This document shows positions 20,752 through 32,780 of a DNA stretch of 64,000 bases, piece after piece (the first letter of the stretch is position 1; the number at the start of each line of letters is the position of its first letter). The translations under genes and the position numbers were made by a program. The stretch lies in NCBI GenBank assembly GCA_039621445.1, contig CP154954.1:9116634-9180633 (forward strand). The letters run 5' to 3'. The stretch is from Euglena gracilis. Lineage: Eukaryota. The notes under the pieces were generated by a model, which worked only from the letters and a program-made list of their open reading frames with translations, ran no database searches and was not told the DNA's origin.

Positions 20752-23700
20752 GAATTGCCACCCTTTCCTTTGCAATAAAATGAAATTTTTTTCTCCCACG
20801 AAACTGATTTTTCGCTGTGTCCTTGCTAAGTCAACCCCCCTGTGAAGGGCCAACAGCCTCCAACAGATGATGAGTCTGTTTCTGAGCTCTTTCACAGATA
20901 GGTCTGAGAGGGGTTTGGATTTCCTTATGATGTTTTCTAAGAAATCAGTGGGGTCCCAAAAATGGGGGTACTTGCAGACATTGGAATTCCATTTCCTTTT
21001 CAATGGTGACAAAAGAGGGGAAAACCTCAATGACCCAAACCCTGGGAGTAATAAAACTGCTGCATATGCATTTCGTGCAGTGTTGAGGCTGTGGGCAGCC
21101 AGATCAAGGATGGCCTCGGCCATCTTGTGGACTGTGCAGTCCTGCAGGGGCACCCCTTTGTGCAGCAATTGGCCCATCAAAGGTCTGAAGTCTGAGTCAT
21201 ATCTTTTGACATTTCCCAGATTTTTTATGTAAGTATCGATACTGGACATCGAAACTTTCTGGGATTGTAATATTTGCCTGACACAATCAAGCAGGCCAAA
21301 TTTCACCTTGGGGGGGGGCATCTACTCCCCCCAGCAGTTGGTGAACAGACCCCACTGGGGGGGTACTGGCAAAACCTTGCTGCCTGGCTGCCTGATTGAC
21401 ATTAATTGGCGCCACCATGATGTCGAAGCCAAGTGGGGTACGATCAACAGACAAATTAGGTCTGGGTTTAACATTAATCCCTGAACCCATTGGGGAATGA
21501 TGCTCCAGGGGGGGTTTGCATAAACTGGGGGGAGGCCCATCAAATCTGCCTTCAAGGCATCCACCAGCAAAGCCCCTTGGTGGGGGTACCGACAAACAAA
21601 CTTGGGGAATTTTTTGTTGCTGGGTGTGCAAAACATGTCCACCTCTGGGGTGATTTCCTTTCTGAAAAACTGAACAATTTGGTGAAAGATGTTTAGGTTT
21701 AGGGTATAATCCCCTGGGTCCTTTTGCTCCCTGGTCAGGGAGTCTGCCAATTGCTCCTTTGTGGGAACCCAAACCACCTGCAAATTGATTTGCTTTTCTT
21801 GGCAATGATACAGCAGGGGTTTTAAGATGGAATTTAGGTATGGCTTTTTGCCTCCCCATTTTGTTAAATAACTTACAGCCACCTGGCTGTCCACGTGGAG
21901 CACAATTGTTTGTTTTGGTTTGGCTAGTGCCTTTACTGTTTCCACTGCCGCTTGTAATTCTTTTTGATTTATGTGAAGGACACGCAGGTCCCTCCAAAAA
22001 TCCTGCACCTTTTGGCCTGAAGCTTTGTCCAGCCCCCCCCACTGCCAGGTGCTGCTGTCCGAAAAGAGCTCCTGAGAGGCCTGGGACTGAAATGCCCTGC
22101 CCACACCTGGCTGTAAAAAGGCTTTTAACTCCACAATTTGATCCTTGACCCCCTGGGGAATGGTCAGGGTGTGGTCCCAACCCCACTTTGTGTGCAAATC
22201 CACCATTTTGCAAAGTTGATCCGTCAGAATTCTGAGAAATGGCATTGAAACTAAATAGCTTCTGACTTGTCCCACAATAGAGCTGAGTTTTCTGCAGCTC
22301 ATTTTCTGTGCTGTGAGCACTTTGCCTAGCTCCTTTCTTAAGGATTTTAGTTTTTCCTGAGGAATTTGCAATTGGCCTTTTTTCAAATTGATCCATTGGC
22401 CCAAATTTTTTATTTCCTGTGTGGGTTCCAGACAGGATTTAGGGAGGTTTAATCTGAAACCTGCCAGTAAAAGGTCTGTTTTTACTTCTGCCAAATGTTG
22501 GGCTGCTGTCTTTTTGCTGGGGGCTAACAGCAAAATGTCGTCCAGGTAGATGAAAACTACCTTGCCTTCCTTTCTCCATTTTCTTTCCCAGACTCTCATA
22601 AGAGTCATAAATTTTTGTGGCAGGCTGCTTATACCAAAGCATGCAGCTTGAAATTGCCACGTTTCCCCCCCCACCTGCATGCACACATGTTTTTTCAGAC
22701 TGCTGTGCAGTTTTAAGTGGAAATATGCATCTTTCAGGTCTATTTTTCCACAGAACCAACCTTTTCTTAGATATGGGAAGATGTTTCCCATGTGTTCCAA
22801 TCTGAATTTCTGGGGGGTGAAATGGAGATTTAACTGTCGACAATCTGAAATCAGTCTTTCCTTGGTCTTTTCCCCTTCCTTTTTGGAAATGATAAAATAA
22901 GGGACAAAATGTTTTGCCTCCTGTGGGGTGATTTGCCTGGTTGCCCCTGCACATTCGTATTCTCTCAGAATTTTCTGGGCAGTCCTTATTTCTTGGGGAG
23001 TTTTGAAGGGAACTTTTAAGGACATCTGAGGGGGGAGGGGAAGATCTGCCCTGACCCCTTCCCTTATCAGGTTTAATACCTCTGTGCTGGCTCCTGCCTC
23101 GACCCAATGGGGAATGCTGGCCTGCAGGGCCCTGTAGGGGGGCACCCCTGGGTGTAATGTGTCTGGGGATTCCAAAGGCCCCATCACTGGGGTCCTTCCC
23201 CCTGGCTGCCCTATCACTGGGGTCAGCTCTGGCTGCCCCATCACTGGGGTCACCTCTGGCCCTGCCATAGGGCTGCTCAAAGACAGGCTTTCCCCCTGTG
23301 TTTGAAAGATGGGGGAAGGTCTGTGTCTGCAGTGGGGGGGTACATATAAGGCTGGGCTGATTATCTTCTGGGGGGGGCTTGTCTGAGCCAATCTTGGCCC
23401 CCCCCCCAAGGGCTGTGGTCTTGAATGCATTGGCCTCCCATGGCCACCTGATTTTGATTGAAATGGCCTCCATTGGCCTTGATATTTTCCCCCTGGCCTC
23501 CATTGGCCTCTTGGATATAATGACCTCCATTGGCCTTCCCCTGAAAGGGGGGCTGCTTGCTTGGATGGGCAGCTCCTGAGGGGTTTATGTTTGAGAGAGC
23601 TGTGGGGTAAGTTGGACATACCTTTCCCCAGTGGGATCTGTCCAGGTTTGGACACAGGCTGCCATAGCCTTGCACTTGGGCCCACTGCCCTCTTGGATGA

Positions 23701-24502
23701 TGGCTGCCATAGCCCTGATTCTGGGCCCCAGGCCCTGTCCAATGATGGCTGCCATAGCCTTGATTTTGATTTGAATCCTTTGGATTTCTGATATTTCTTG
23801 AGAGGCTGCCATAGCCTTTGCTTTTTCCCCTGGAAGGGGGGGGGGACATAGAAAAAGGGGAGGAGTCTGTTGGACCTGTGATGGTCTTCCCCTTCTGTCT
23901 TCTTGTCCTCCTGACCACAGTTGTCCATGTTCCATGGCCATTCTCATGTTGAGAGGGGGATTTTTAAATCGCTGATGGTCTGGGGGGTGGGGGGTTGCGA
24001 TGGCCACGGACCGGTGTGCTGCTGCCGCCCCTCCAGCTTCTGCAGCTGCTGCTGTGTCTCCACCTTCCCCAGCTTCAGCTGACTTCTTGGAAGTTCTTTG
24101 AAGTTCTGCTTGAAATTCAGAGTTTCTTTGAAATTCATTATTCATGGAAGTCCAGTTGTTGATCTCTGTTGTGGCAATTGCAATACTTTTGGGAATAATT
24201 GGAGTTGAACTCGAAGAGTTGAATTCTTCCGTCAGGAAGTTGAAGTTCCGAAAAAATTCGGTCCACCAGTTGGTCAAAGTGATGGTCTTCGGGAAAGTAG
24301 TACTCCTCGTAAAATAATTCCACTTGAACTCGTAAAAGTAAAACTCTTTCTCCTTGAGGTCGAAGGGCAGAAATAAGAATCAGCCAACTCCGGCAACAAA
24401 AAGCAGTAAGAAGCACCCCCCGCGCACGCACAAACACAAAACAGAACAGCCGGCAAGGAAAGCAGGACCTCACCACCTCGCAGTGCGGAGCCCGACTGGT
24501 CC
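20752..24502 (-). mobile_element. DIRS retrotransposon copy 1 (3'-truncated within the tyrosine recombinase)
   Basis: Closely similar to 37135-40910 in reverse orientation. Left ITR at ~24380-24502; RT-RH-MT ORF at 21322-23928; YR cut after LQRKGWQF. Confidence 0.93.
21322..23928 (-). CDS. DIRS RT / RNase H / adenine-MTase-like ORF (copy 1)
   Basis: KIDLKDAYFH and YLDD (RT); FSDSS, HINQKEL, HVDSQVA, LADSLTR (RH); VDMFC..YANPPW (MT). Confidence 0.9.
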   Translation of the reverse strand: MDNCGQEDKKTEGEDHHRSNRLLPFFYVPPPFQGKKQRLWQPLKKYQKSKGFKSKSRLWQPSLDRAWGPESGLWQPSSKRAVGPSARLWQPVSKPGQIPLGKGMSNLPHSSLKHKPLRSCPSKQAAPLSGEGQWRSLYPRGQWRPGGKYQGQWRPFQSKSGGHGRPMHSRPQPLGGGPRLAQTSPPQKIISPALYVPPHCRHRPSPIFQTQGESLSLSSPMAGPEVTPVMGQPELTPVIGQPGGRTPVMGPLESPDTLHPGVPPYRALQASIPHWVEAGASTEVLNLIREGVRADLPLPPQMSLKVPFKTPQEIRTAQKILREYECAGATRQITPQEAKHFVPYFIISKKEGEKTKERLISDCRQLNLHFTPQKFRLEHMGNIFPYLRKGWFCGKIDLKDAYFHLKLHSSLKKHVCMQVGGETWQFQAACFGISSLPQKFMTLMRVWERKWRKEGKVVFIYLDDILLLAPSKKTAAQHLAEVKTDLLLAGFRLNLPKSCLEPTQEIKNLGQWINLKKGQLQIPQEKLKSLRKELGKVLTAQKMSCRKLSSIVGQVRSYLVSMPFLRILTDQLCKMVDLHTKWGWDHTLTIPQGVKDQIVELKAFLQPGVGRAFQSQASQELFSDSSTWQWGGLDKASGQKVQDFWRDLRVLHINQKELQAAVETVKALAKPKQTIVLHVDSQVAVSYLTKWGGKKPYLNSILKPLLYHCQEKQINLQVVWVPTKEQLADSLTREQKDPGDYTLNLNIFHQIVQFFRKEITPEVDMFCTPSNKKFPKFVCRYPHQGALLVDALKADLMGLPPVYANPPWSIIPQWVQGLMLNPDLICLLIVPHLASTSWWRQLMSIRQPGSKVLPVPPQWGLFTNCWGE

Positions 24503-24930
24503 AAAGAATTGTGACCCCAAGTACGTTTAAGGGGGCGGACGCAGGAGTTCATGCCGGCTCTCCTGAAGAAGAGGGAGGAAATAAAGATCCTACACCGCCG
24601 GAGGCCAATCCCAGGGTTCCCGTCGCGGCGGGGTTGGCGTCAGGGAATTTCTTAAGCCGGAGGGTACCCTACCCCCCGGGGGGGGGGTCCAGCCAGCCAG
24701 CAGCTCAAATCCAGCCAGCAGCCCAAATTCGTGCTGGGAGCCCCCACCCCCCCCGGGGGTCGACTGAAATAAAGTCGGGTCCAGCCCGGCCGGAGGCCGG
24801 GCCAGCCGGCCGAAGGCCGGGCCTGCCGGCCGCAGGCTGGCCAGCCAACTGGGCTGCCCAGCTCACCTATCCCTGCATTTTTTCTCCTCACCACAGTTTC
24901 CTCCATCACAGCCCTCCAGCCTTGACCTAG

Positions 24931-26061
24931 TGTTAAGTCCTAAGGCGGAGGGACCTTCGGTACCTCCGTTTCCCCTAGGTTGCGTAGGATCGATTAACCT
25001 ATCCGGCCTCGCATCCCCTCTTGCCTGAACCCAGCCACCCATTTCTAGATCCTCCTCCCCAACCCAGATCCCTTTTTTCTGGCAACCCAGCACACCGCCA
25101 TAAGGAGGTGTCGCTCCTCCCGCCGGCGCTTCTTCCCCATTTCTTTTGCCCTCTTGCGCATTTCCTTTTTTAATTGGAATTCCATTCCCTAAAATTAAAG
25201 AAACAATTGCACAAAAAGTGGAGGACATTGAAGAAAGTACTTGCGGGGTTGTTCGAGGTGCGAGGGTAGGCGCGACGTGCACTTCAGGCTTGTCAACACC
25301 CAAAACTTGAGAATCCCAATAGTATTGTCAAGTAACCACAAAGATAAACCACAACAATCAGATCCACAGATTGAATTGGCAATAATCAATTGATCCAATG
25401 ATGTGGCCCAAAAGAAGACCCACCTGAGATTAGAAAGGGGGGGAGTAGGCACAACCCTTTCCTACCGCGCTGATTGCGCGCTTTTCTGGGTTATCTTCCC
25501 CACACCCATCCCAGGTATGCGCGCCCGGCTCCCTGCCGGGCGCTCACCACCACGCTCCCCAAGGCATGGTGTATTCAAACCCCCAGGTCCATAACCCTTT
25601 GCGCTCACACTTCCCCAACCCAAAATTTGGAGTTGCGTGGGCTTGCGTCCCTTCCCACACCCATTGCCGCTTTTAGCGTATAAAAATTGCCCCTTGCCTC
25701 AAAAAATGGCGCATGGGTCCAAGCGGCGCCTTGGGCGTCTAAGGGAAGTATTGGGTAAAGGACCAAACTGATGTCGGAGAGAAAAAAGGGGGGGGCGTCC
25801 GTCTTGCGCTCCCCCTAAAAAAACCAAAAATACGCTTTGCCGACCAATCAAAATATGACCTCCGCCCTTCACCTTGGGGGGGGGGGGTTGGTCGACTCCG
25901 CACAAGTCAATCCGCGGGCTTAGCCTTCTCCCCCACCAAAAAACCACTCCTTTCCCTCACAAGTGGTCGAGGGGATTCACCACCCGGGTTATTTCCCATT
26001 CAACCGACCGCTCGGCACGGCCGGCGTCCCAAAGGGCAAAAATACACCTCCGGTCCCAACA
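24931..26061 (-). repeat. 3' LTR of element B (~1130 bp)
   Basis: Matches 36282-37134 plus 41776-42054. Preceded on the minus strand by GAGTAGGGGGG. Confidence 0.94.
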
Positions 26062-27374
26062 CCCCCCTACTCAAGAGATTTGCCCGCAAATCTCCGATTG
26101 CCAGTCCCTTTCCTCAAAAAAAGGGAGACCGGAGGGTGTCCAACCGAAAAGGTTTCCTAAACAAAATCTCCCGCGGAAAAAGGAGAAGAGAGGAAAAAAA
26201 AGCGGGGGGGGCGAAGGGCTCAAAGTGGTCGGCGACCCACAAAATTCCCCTCACCTCCCGAGACGTCCCCTTCCACCCACTCAAATCTTGAGGCATTCTC
26301 ACCAACCCAAGCACTCAATGGGCGTCCTCAGGGGAAGTAATAAAAAAACAAAACAAAAAAAAACCATCACGACTTCCGGAGTCGGTAAAAAAAAACCACA
26401 CGGTCGAACTAGGGCGCATGCGAGCGCCCCCGACCCTCGGTCTCCTTCTCCCCATTCGAAGAACATGGGAAGAGGTGAGGGACCCGTGCGCATTCACTCC
26501 ATCGATTCCTTCCCAAGGGAATCCGACCCGGAGTGAAAAAAGAGAAGAGGGGGGTGAACCATGGGTCGTCCATCACGCCCATGCCCTTTCCCCCTCCCGA
26601 TCACCCTTGGATTCTTCAAAGGGCTTCCACAATCGGTTACTCCCCTTCGAAAAAAATTCAAAAAAAATCGGTAAAAAGAGAAAAAAGGGGGGGGGCGGTG
26701 TGAACCATGGGTGCCCCTCCTTCACGCCCCACGTCACCACCCCCTTCCGACCACCTTTGGATCCATCAAGCGGTCGGCCTCCCAAAAATTCAGCGGAAGG
26801 ACCTGGCGGGGGGGTTCATAGGGTCCCCTTGTTCATCACCCCCCTTGCCTCAAAAATTCGCAAAAATCAGGCAAAATGGCAGGGGGGGGGTTCACAGGGT
26901 CCCACTCGCCGTTTCCTCCCCTTGCCATGGAAAATTCTGAAATTGACGAAAAATGCATGGGGGGGGGGCGTGTCGTGGGTTCCATCATCAAAATTACCCA
27001 CGCTTCGATCCCCTTCAAGACCCCACCCTTACCCATTCAAAAAATGGGTATACTTCCGACATTCCAAAAAATTCTTTGGTCCAAAAAATGAAGAAAAAAG
27101 AAAACGGGGGGGAGGGGCATGGAATTCCCTGGGACGTTCGGCCCACCTAACCCCATGCTTCCCTCGCCCACGCCACAACGGGCGGGCGCACCCGTCCCCG
27201 GGCGTCACCCGCTTGGGAACGCCGCGTACCGTTCGAGGACGTCCTCGGCGGCGATGCGACGCCTCGACCTGTGACGCAAAAAAGAAGAAAAGAGGGGGGG
27301 GCACGGAATTCCCTGGGGTGTTCCGCTAACCCCACACCACGCTCCACCCACCCTTCACACGCCACAGCCATGAC

Positions 27375-30300
27375 TTAGGGAGAGTTCAAGAACCCCTCCC
27401 TTTGCCCAGCCAAATCCGAACGGGCGTAGGTGAGTGGAAAGGACTCCCCAAGGCTTAAGTCCCACTTACACACCTTGAGTTGATCCGCATGGACATCTAA
27501 ATGTTGCCCCCCCGAAATTTTGAGTCGGTAGCTCGAGGCTCCAACCCGCCCCACAACTTCAAATGGACCTTGCCACCATCGCTCCATTTTGTTTCCCCCA
27601 ACCGATCTTGGTTTGAGCAACCACACCCATGATCCAAGCTCGTATGGGGGGGAAGCCTTTCGACCCCGATTGATTCGGGCTTGGACCCTCGCATGTTCCT
27701 CATTCAAGAGTTTGGAAATTTTCTCCTCCAAAGTTTTCATGCGAGTCAAAAAATCATGGGCTTCGGGACAATCTTGAATGGGGGTGTAGGGCAATCCCGC
27801 CAAACTTCGATCCCTCCCAAAAACCAATTGGTAGGGGGTGTACCCCGTTGGATCGGCCAAATCGTGTTGAAGCCGCAAGGCCCGGGGTAGGGCTTCGACC
27901 CAATTCACCCTTTCCTCCATGTGTAGTTTCCTTAGGATTCCTTGGAGGATCCTTCCACACAACTCAGCCCGCCCATTTGCTTGGGGGCGGTGTGCTTGGG
28001 AATATGCCCTCCTTATTCCCAATCGACTACACATGGTCACCCAAAATTGAGACACAAATTGGGGACCCCTATCGCTGGTGATCACACTCGGAATGCCCAT
28101 TTCTCCCCAACTCCCATCAATGAAGAGATGAGCCACCCGTTCCCCGGTGAGCCCTTTCTCAACACTTGGCCGAGCCACCATCCAACCGGTCAAACGGTCC
28201 ACACACAAAACATAACAATTGAATGTGTGTCCCAACCACGTGACTTCCGGCATGGAGAAAACATCCATACACACGTGGGACCAAAAATGCTCGGGAATTG
28301 GAGTGAATTCAATGGGTCTTTTCATGGACCAATTCGGGGGTCCACACGCTTGACACACCAAACATTCTGTTTTCACCTTCTCCACCACCTTTTTCCAATT
28401 GGTGGTGGTCGGTAGAAAATATCGGCGCTCCATTTCGGTGACCAACCGATCCACGCCCAAATGCCCCATGGCAATGTGGTGCTCTCGTGTGACAACTTCC
28501 ACCCGATTTTCCGGCACACACAGCCTGTCCCCCTTGTACATTTTTCCATCAAAAATCCGAATGCCATTTGGCCACTCCTCCCCTTTGGACTTGGTTTTTT
28601 CCAATCACTCGCCCAAAATTCGGATTGATCATACAAGCTTGACCAATCTTCATCCATCACATGTGGACGAAATTTCGACCTCCCCCCCCTCGGATCCACG
28701 GTGGTGGTGGGCTTCCGACCCGTGTCGCCGAGGGGTCTCCCCTTCCCCAACGAAGAGGGGGGGGCTCGAAAAGAGAATTTTCTGGGCTCTCCAAGGGGGG
28801 TTCCCATAATTCCGGGTCGAACCCCAACCCTTTCATCCGATGAGAATTCTCCATCACCAAGACACTCCATGGCCGAAGAACTTTCCCCTCCCACATCCTC
28901 TTCCAAGGCATCCCCTTCTCGAGAGGGAGGGGAGGGATTAGGAGAGTGAGGGGAACACACCTTCTCTCCTCCTCCTCCTCGGCACTTTCTCCTTCGTCGT
29001 CCCTCGGTCCCACCTTTGCCTCCTTTCTCGGTTGGGCTCGTGGAGGGGATTCCCGAGGGGGTTCAGATGCCCACCTCTCTTGCATCTCCATCCATCGCCG
29101 TTGGATCGGCGGTAGGGGCCGAGGCTCCTCGGGCTCCATCTTGGATTCCCTCTCCACTCGCCATCGATCCGGTACCCGTGGGTGAGGTTCTCCAAGATTC
29201 CTTCTCAACTCCTTCACTTGCCATTGTCGATGGAGCGGTGGCGGGGTAGTAAACTCCTCCCGACTCCTCCTCAACCCCTGATTGGGGGGATTGCTCATCG
29301 GCCTGAGGTGGCGAGGGGGATGTTGGAGAGGAGGTGGTGACACCCGACCGGGTAACCACCCGTACATCCGTTGCCCCCCCCACCATCAATATCCCCCTTT
29401 TCCCCCCGGATTCCCGCCGAATCAAGCCCACCAAGCCCCTTTCCATGAGTTCCCCCTCCATCATGGATTTCACTTCCTCCCGGGCTTCCAAGCTCCCGTG
29501 GAAGCTTACATCCTCCCATGCGGAGCTCGCCGGGTAGGCATATCGTGACATGGCATCCGCCACGATATTTGTGGGGCCGGGGACATAAACAATCTCTAGG
29601 TCGAACTGAGATAGCGTTTCGTGCCATCTCGCTCGCCTTCCTCGGGGACCCGAGGGGGTGTCGACATGTTCGGTTACCCAATCCTTCAACGCCCTGTGAT
29701 CTGTCGTGATGATCACGGGTTGGAAGCCAATGTAGCTCGCCCATTTCCTTAGAGCAGCCAAAATGGCATAGGTCTCCTTTTCACGGGGAACCCAATTCAA
29801 CTGGCTCTTGGCCAACTTCCGTGAAAAGAAACCCACGGGCACGAGTCGACTCTTGCCGACTTCAATCCCCGAAGATTTTTCCTGCTCCTCGGGGTGAAGT
29901 TGCTCCAAAACGGCACCAATGGCAAAATCACTTGCATCACACCTCAAAACGAATGGACCATCCGGGTTGATTTGGAAGAGCTCAAGCTCCTCCTTCAATT
30001 TTTCTTTCAACCGATGAAAAGCCAAGACTTCCTCCTCGGTCCAATCCAACTTTTTTTGAGATCCCTTTCTCCCGTCATGCCGATTCAATCTCAACTTGGC
30101 CATGAGGGGGGCAGCAAATTCAGTGGTGAACATACTCCGAATAATGGTTTGTCAAACCCAAAAAGGCACGAAGTTCGGTCACCACCTTTGGAAGCCCCCA
30201 CCCTTGGACCGGTAAAAGCTTTCCTGGGGAGGGGCTCCTTCGACCCTCCCGCAAAACATGCCCACAAAACTCAACCTCCCGCATGAAAAAGTGGGATTTT

Positions 30301-32780
30301 TCGGGGCTACACACGAGATTGTTTTCCTTGAGGCGTTGCAAAACCCGCCTCACATCTTCGGCATGATTTTGGAGAAGCTCCTCCTCCGTTTCCCCCGTGG
30401 ATCCAATAATGATGTCGTCCACGTAGGGATCGACACCGGGAAGTTCTCGCAAAACCCATTCCATCATCCGTTGGAATTGGGCATTTCCATTTTTCAACCC
30501 CATCACCAAAACTTTCCATTGCATGGTGCCCCGGGGGGTTGACATGCAAGTGATGGGTCGGTGCTCCTTTTTCAATGGCATTTGGTGATAGCCATCGGTC
30601 AAATCCAGCACCGTCCAAATTTTGAACTTCCCTTGTCTTTGGAGGATGTGAGAAATTTGGGGGAGGGGATGCCCATCTTTCAGGGTTGCAAGATTTTGGG
30701 GCCTCAAATCCTGCACAAGGCGATACTTTCCCGGGGTTTTCTTGGGTACCGGAAAAGATGGGGTGTTCCACGGACCCGAACCGGGCTCGACCTTCCCCAT
30801 TTTCAAGGCCTCATCCACAAGATGTTGATGAGCCTCCCGTCTCTCACCCGTCATGTGATAGGGCTTTTGACTAACGGGTTTGGCACCCTCCCTCAACCAA
30901 ATTTCGGCTTCCCCGTGTGGACCTCTCACGGGGGGATCTCGAGGGCAAACCCCAGAAAGCGATGAATCCCGAAATTCTTCAACAATCTCCTTTTTCAGGA
31001 CTTCACCGAGGGGGTCTTGGGTCTCCCCCCTCACCTCAATCGCACCCTTCACAAAATTCACATGGGCTGACGCCAAAACCATGTGTTTTGCCACTTCACG
31101 GATGACATCCTCCCCCTCATCTTCCATTTCAAAATGGGCACCCGGGCTGGCCGAAAGTCGCATTATTTTCACCATTTCGACTGCTTGGCGCATTTCCGAT
31201 GGGTCAACCGGAGAATCACCCTCCCCGAAAAAACCATCTGGACACCCGGGCATTGGATCCACCAAATTTTCATCTTCGGATTCCTCGTCCGAAGTCAAAG
31301 GTTGGGGTGAGTCCAAAACACGGTCCCCCCCCAAAACTCTTTCCTTGCCATCGGAGGTGAAACCACACACATATTCCACCAATCGGTAAGGAATACGATA
31401 GGTGAGCTCCTTTTTTGCACTCCCATTTGCCCCACCAAGCTTGGCCTTGTGTGCTCGAAGCTTGTTTGGGTGGTTGGGATCCTTCTCAACCAAATTGGGG
31501 CATGTCGAGTGATCGCAAACGACATTGGGTAGTGAAAGCAAATGCGGACTCCCAAAAAATCTGGTGGGTTTTTGATACCCCCACCTTTCAAATTGGCAAT
31601 GGTCTGCATCCAAAACTGGAAATTTCGCCAAAAGAGCATGCCGGGCAAGGATTCCCGTTCGGGGGGTCTCCAACCACCAAACCTTGGGTCTCAAAAACTT
31701 GATAATCTCAAGCGTTTTTCGCACCAATGCCAGAGCCGGTCCCAACCGTCTCGGCCTACGGCTTAAGGCCAAACTGAATTCGGTACAGGGGGGGCATGCG
31801 GTCACAATCTCAAATTCACCCGGGGAAAAACTTTTCTCGTAATCCCAGGTTGAAATATCCACACACAGGGTGGGGTCCCACTTTGAATCCACATCCACGG
31901 ATATCACGTCGTACCCGTGGTCCCGCAAAACCTTCCCGACACTTCCGGTGCCGGAAAAAAGATCCAAAGCTTTGGGACGAAAATTGTGGATCGCCTGAAT
32001 GGACACAGGGGGGATGGCTCGAATGGAATCTACGATGGTCCCCTTTCCGGCGAGGACGCCGCAAATCCAAACCGAACAACCATCAAAAAATCCTTGAACC
32101 CCGTGTTTTCTTGGCACCACATTCAAATTCCTTTCTGCCAACCAGACATAGGAGAGGATCACATCCTCCTCTATGTCGGCCTCGTATAAAAGTGTAGGAA
32201 TTTTCACCACAACCGCATTTTTGGTGTCCTGCACCACCCCTGAAAATTGCAATTCCACCAAGGCCTCATCCGACCCGCCCTTCACCCTTTGGTTGTTGGC
32301 AGCAACCAAGTTGACGGGTTTTGCCGATGGAGCGAAAAATGAACGGGGGAGCAAATTTCTTTTCACCAAGCAAACTTCTGCCCCCGTGTCGACCAAGGCC
32401 CGAACTTCCTGGGAACCACCCAAGACATCAATTTTGGTTGAAAGATGCAAATGGACCCCCTTCACCCACCCCGCTTTCAAAGCCATCAACCGCCACTCAC
32501 GCAAAACCTCCCGGATGGTAGCGCCATCCGAATTTTCAAGTGGCATCAAATTTTTCATTTCCATCAAAAGATGCTCCACTGCCTCCTCTTCCTCAGGCAA
32601 TGGTTCATCTGACGATGGTGCGGGTGGTTCCGATGAAGAGGACTCCGACATTGCCCCGATCACGTGGAGAGCGGCCATCACACGTGTCAAACAAGGGGGG
32701 GTTGAAGGAGACAAAACATCCCCCCCCATGGATGGGAGACTTGCATTTGCAGAACCGGCTCCCGAATGGCTCTGACCCCC
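27375..32780 (-). CDS. pol: Pol of element B: protease - C5 DNA methyltransferase - RT - RNase H - integrase (frameshifted near 30130 and 29060-28600)
   Basis: LVDTGAEV (PR); LDLFSGTG / ACPPC / LETP (MTase); LDLTDGYHQ and YVDD (RT); RCDASD, EKETYA, TTDH (RH); HHCC plus CMDVF / TSDRG / GRAE and WQGPF (IN). No chromodomain seen. Confidence 0.92.
31370..31975 (-). other. C5 cytosine methyltransferase domain in Pol B
   Basis: KALDLFSGTGS (I), SVDVD (II), TACPPCTEFS (IV), WWLETP (VI variant), YQKPTRFF (VIII-like), YRIP. In frame with PR and RT. Confidence 0.88.
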
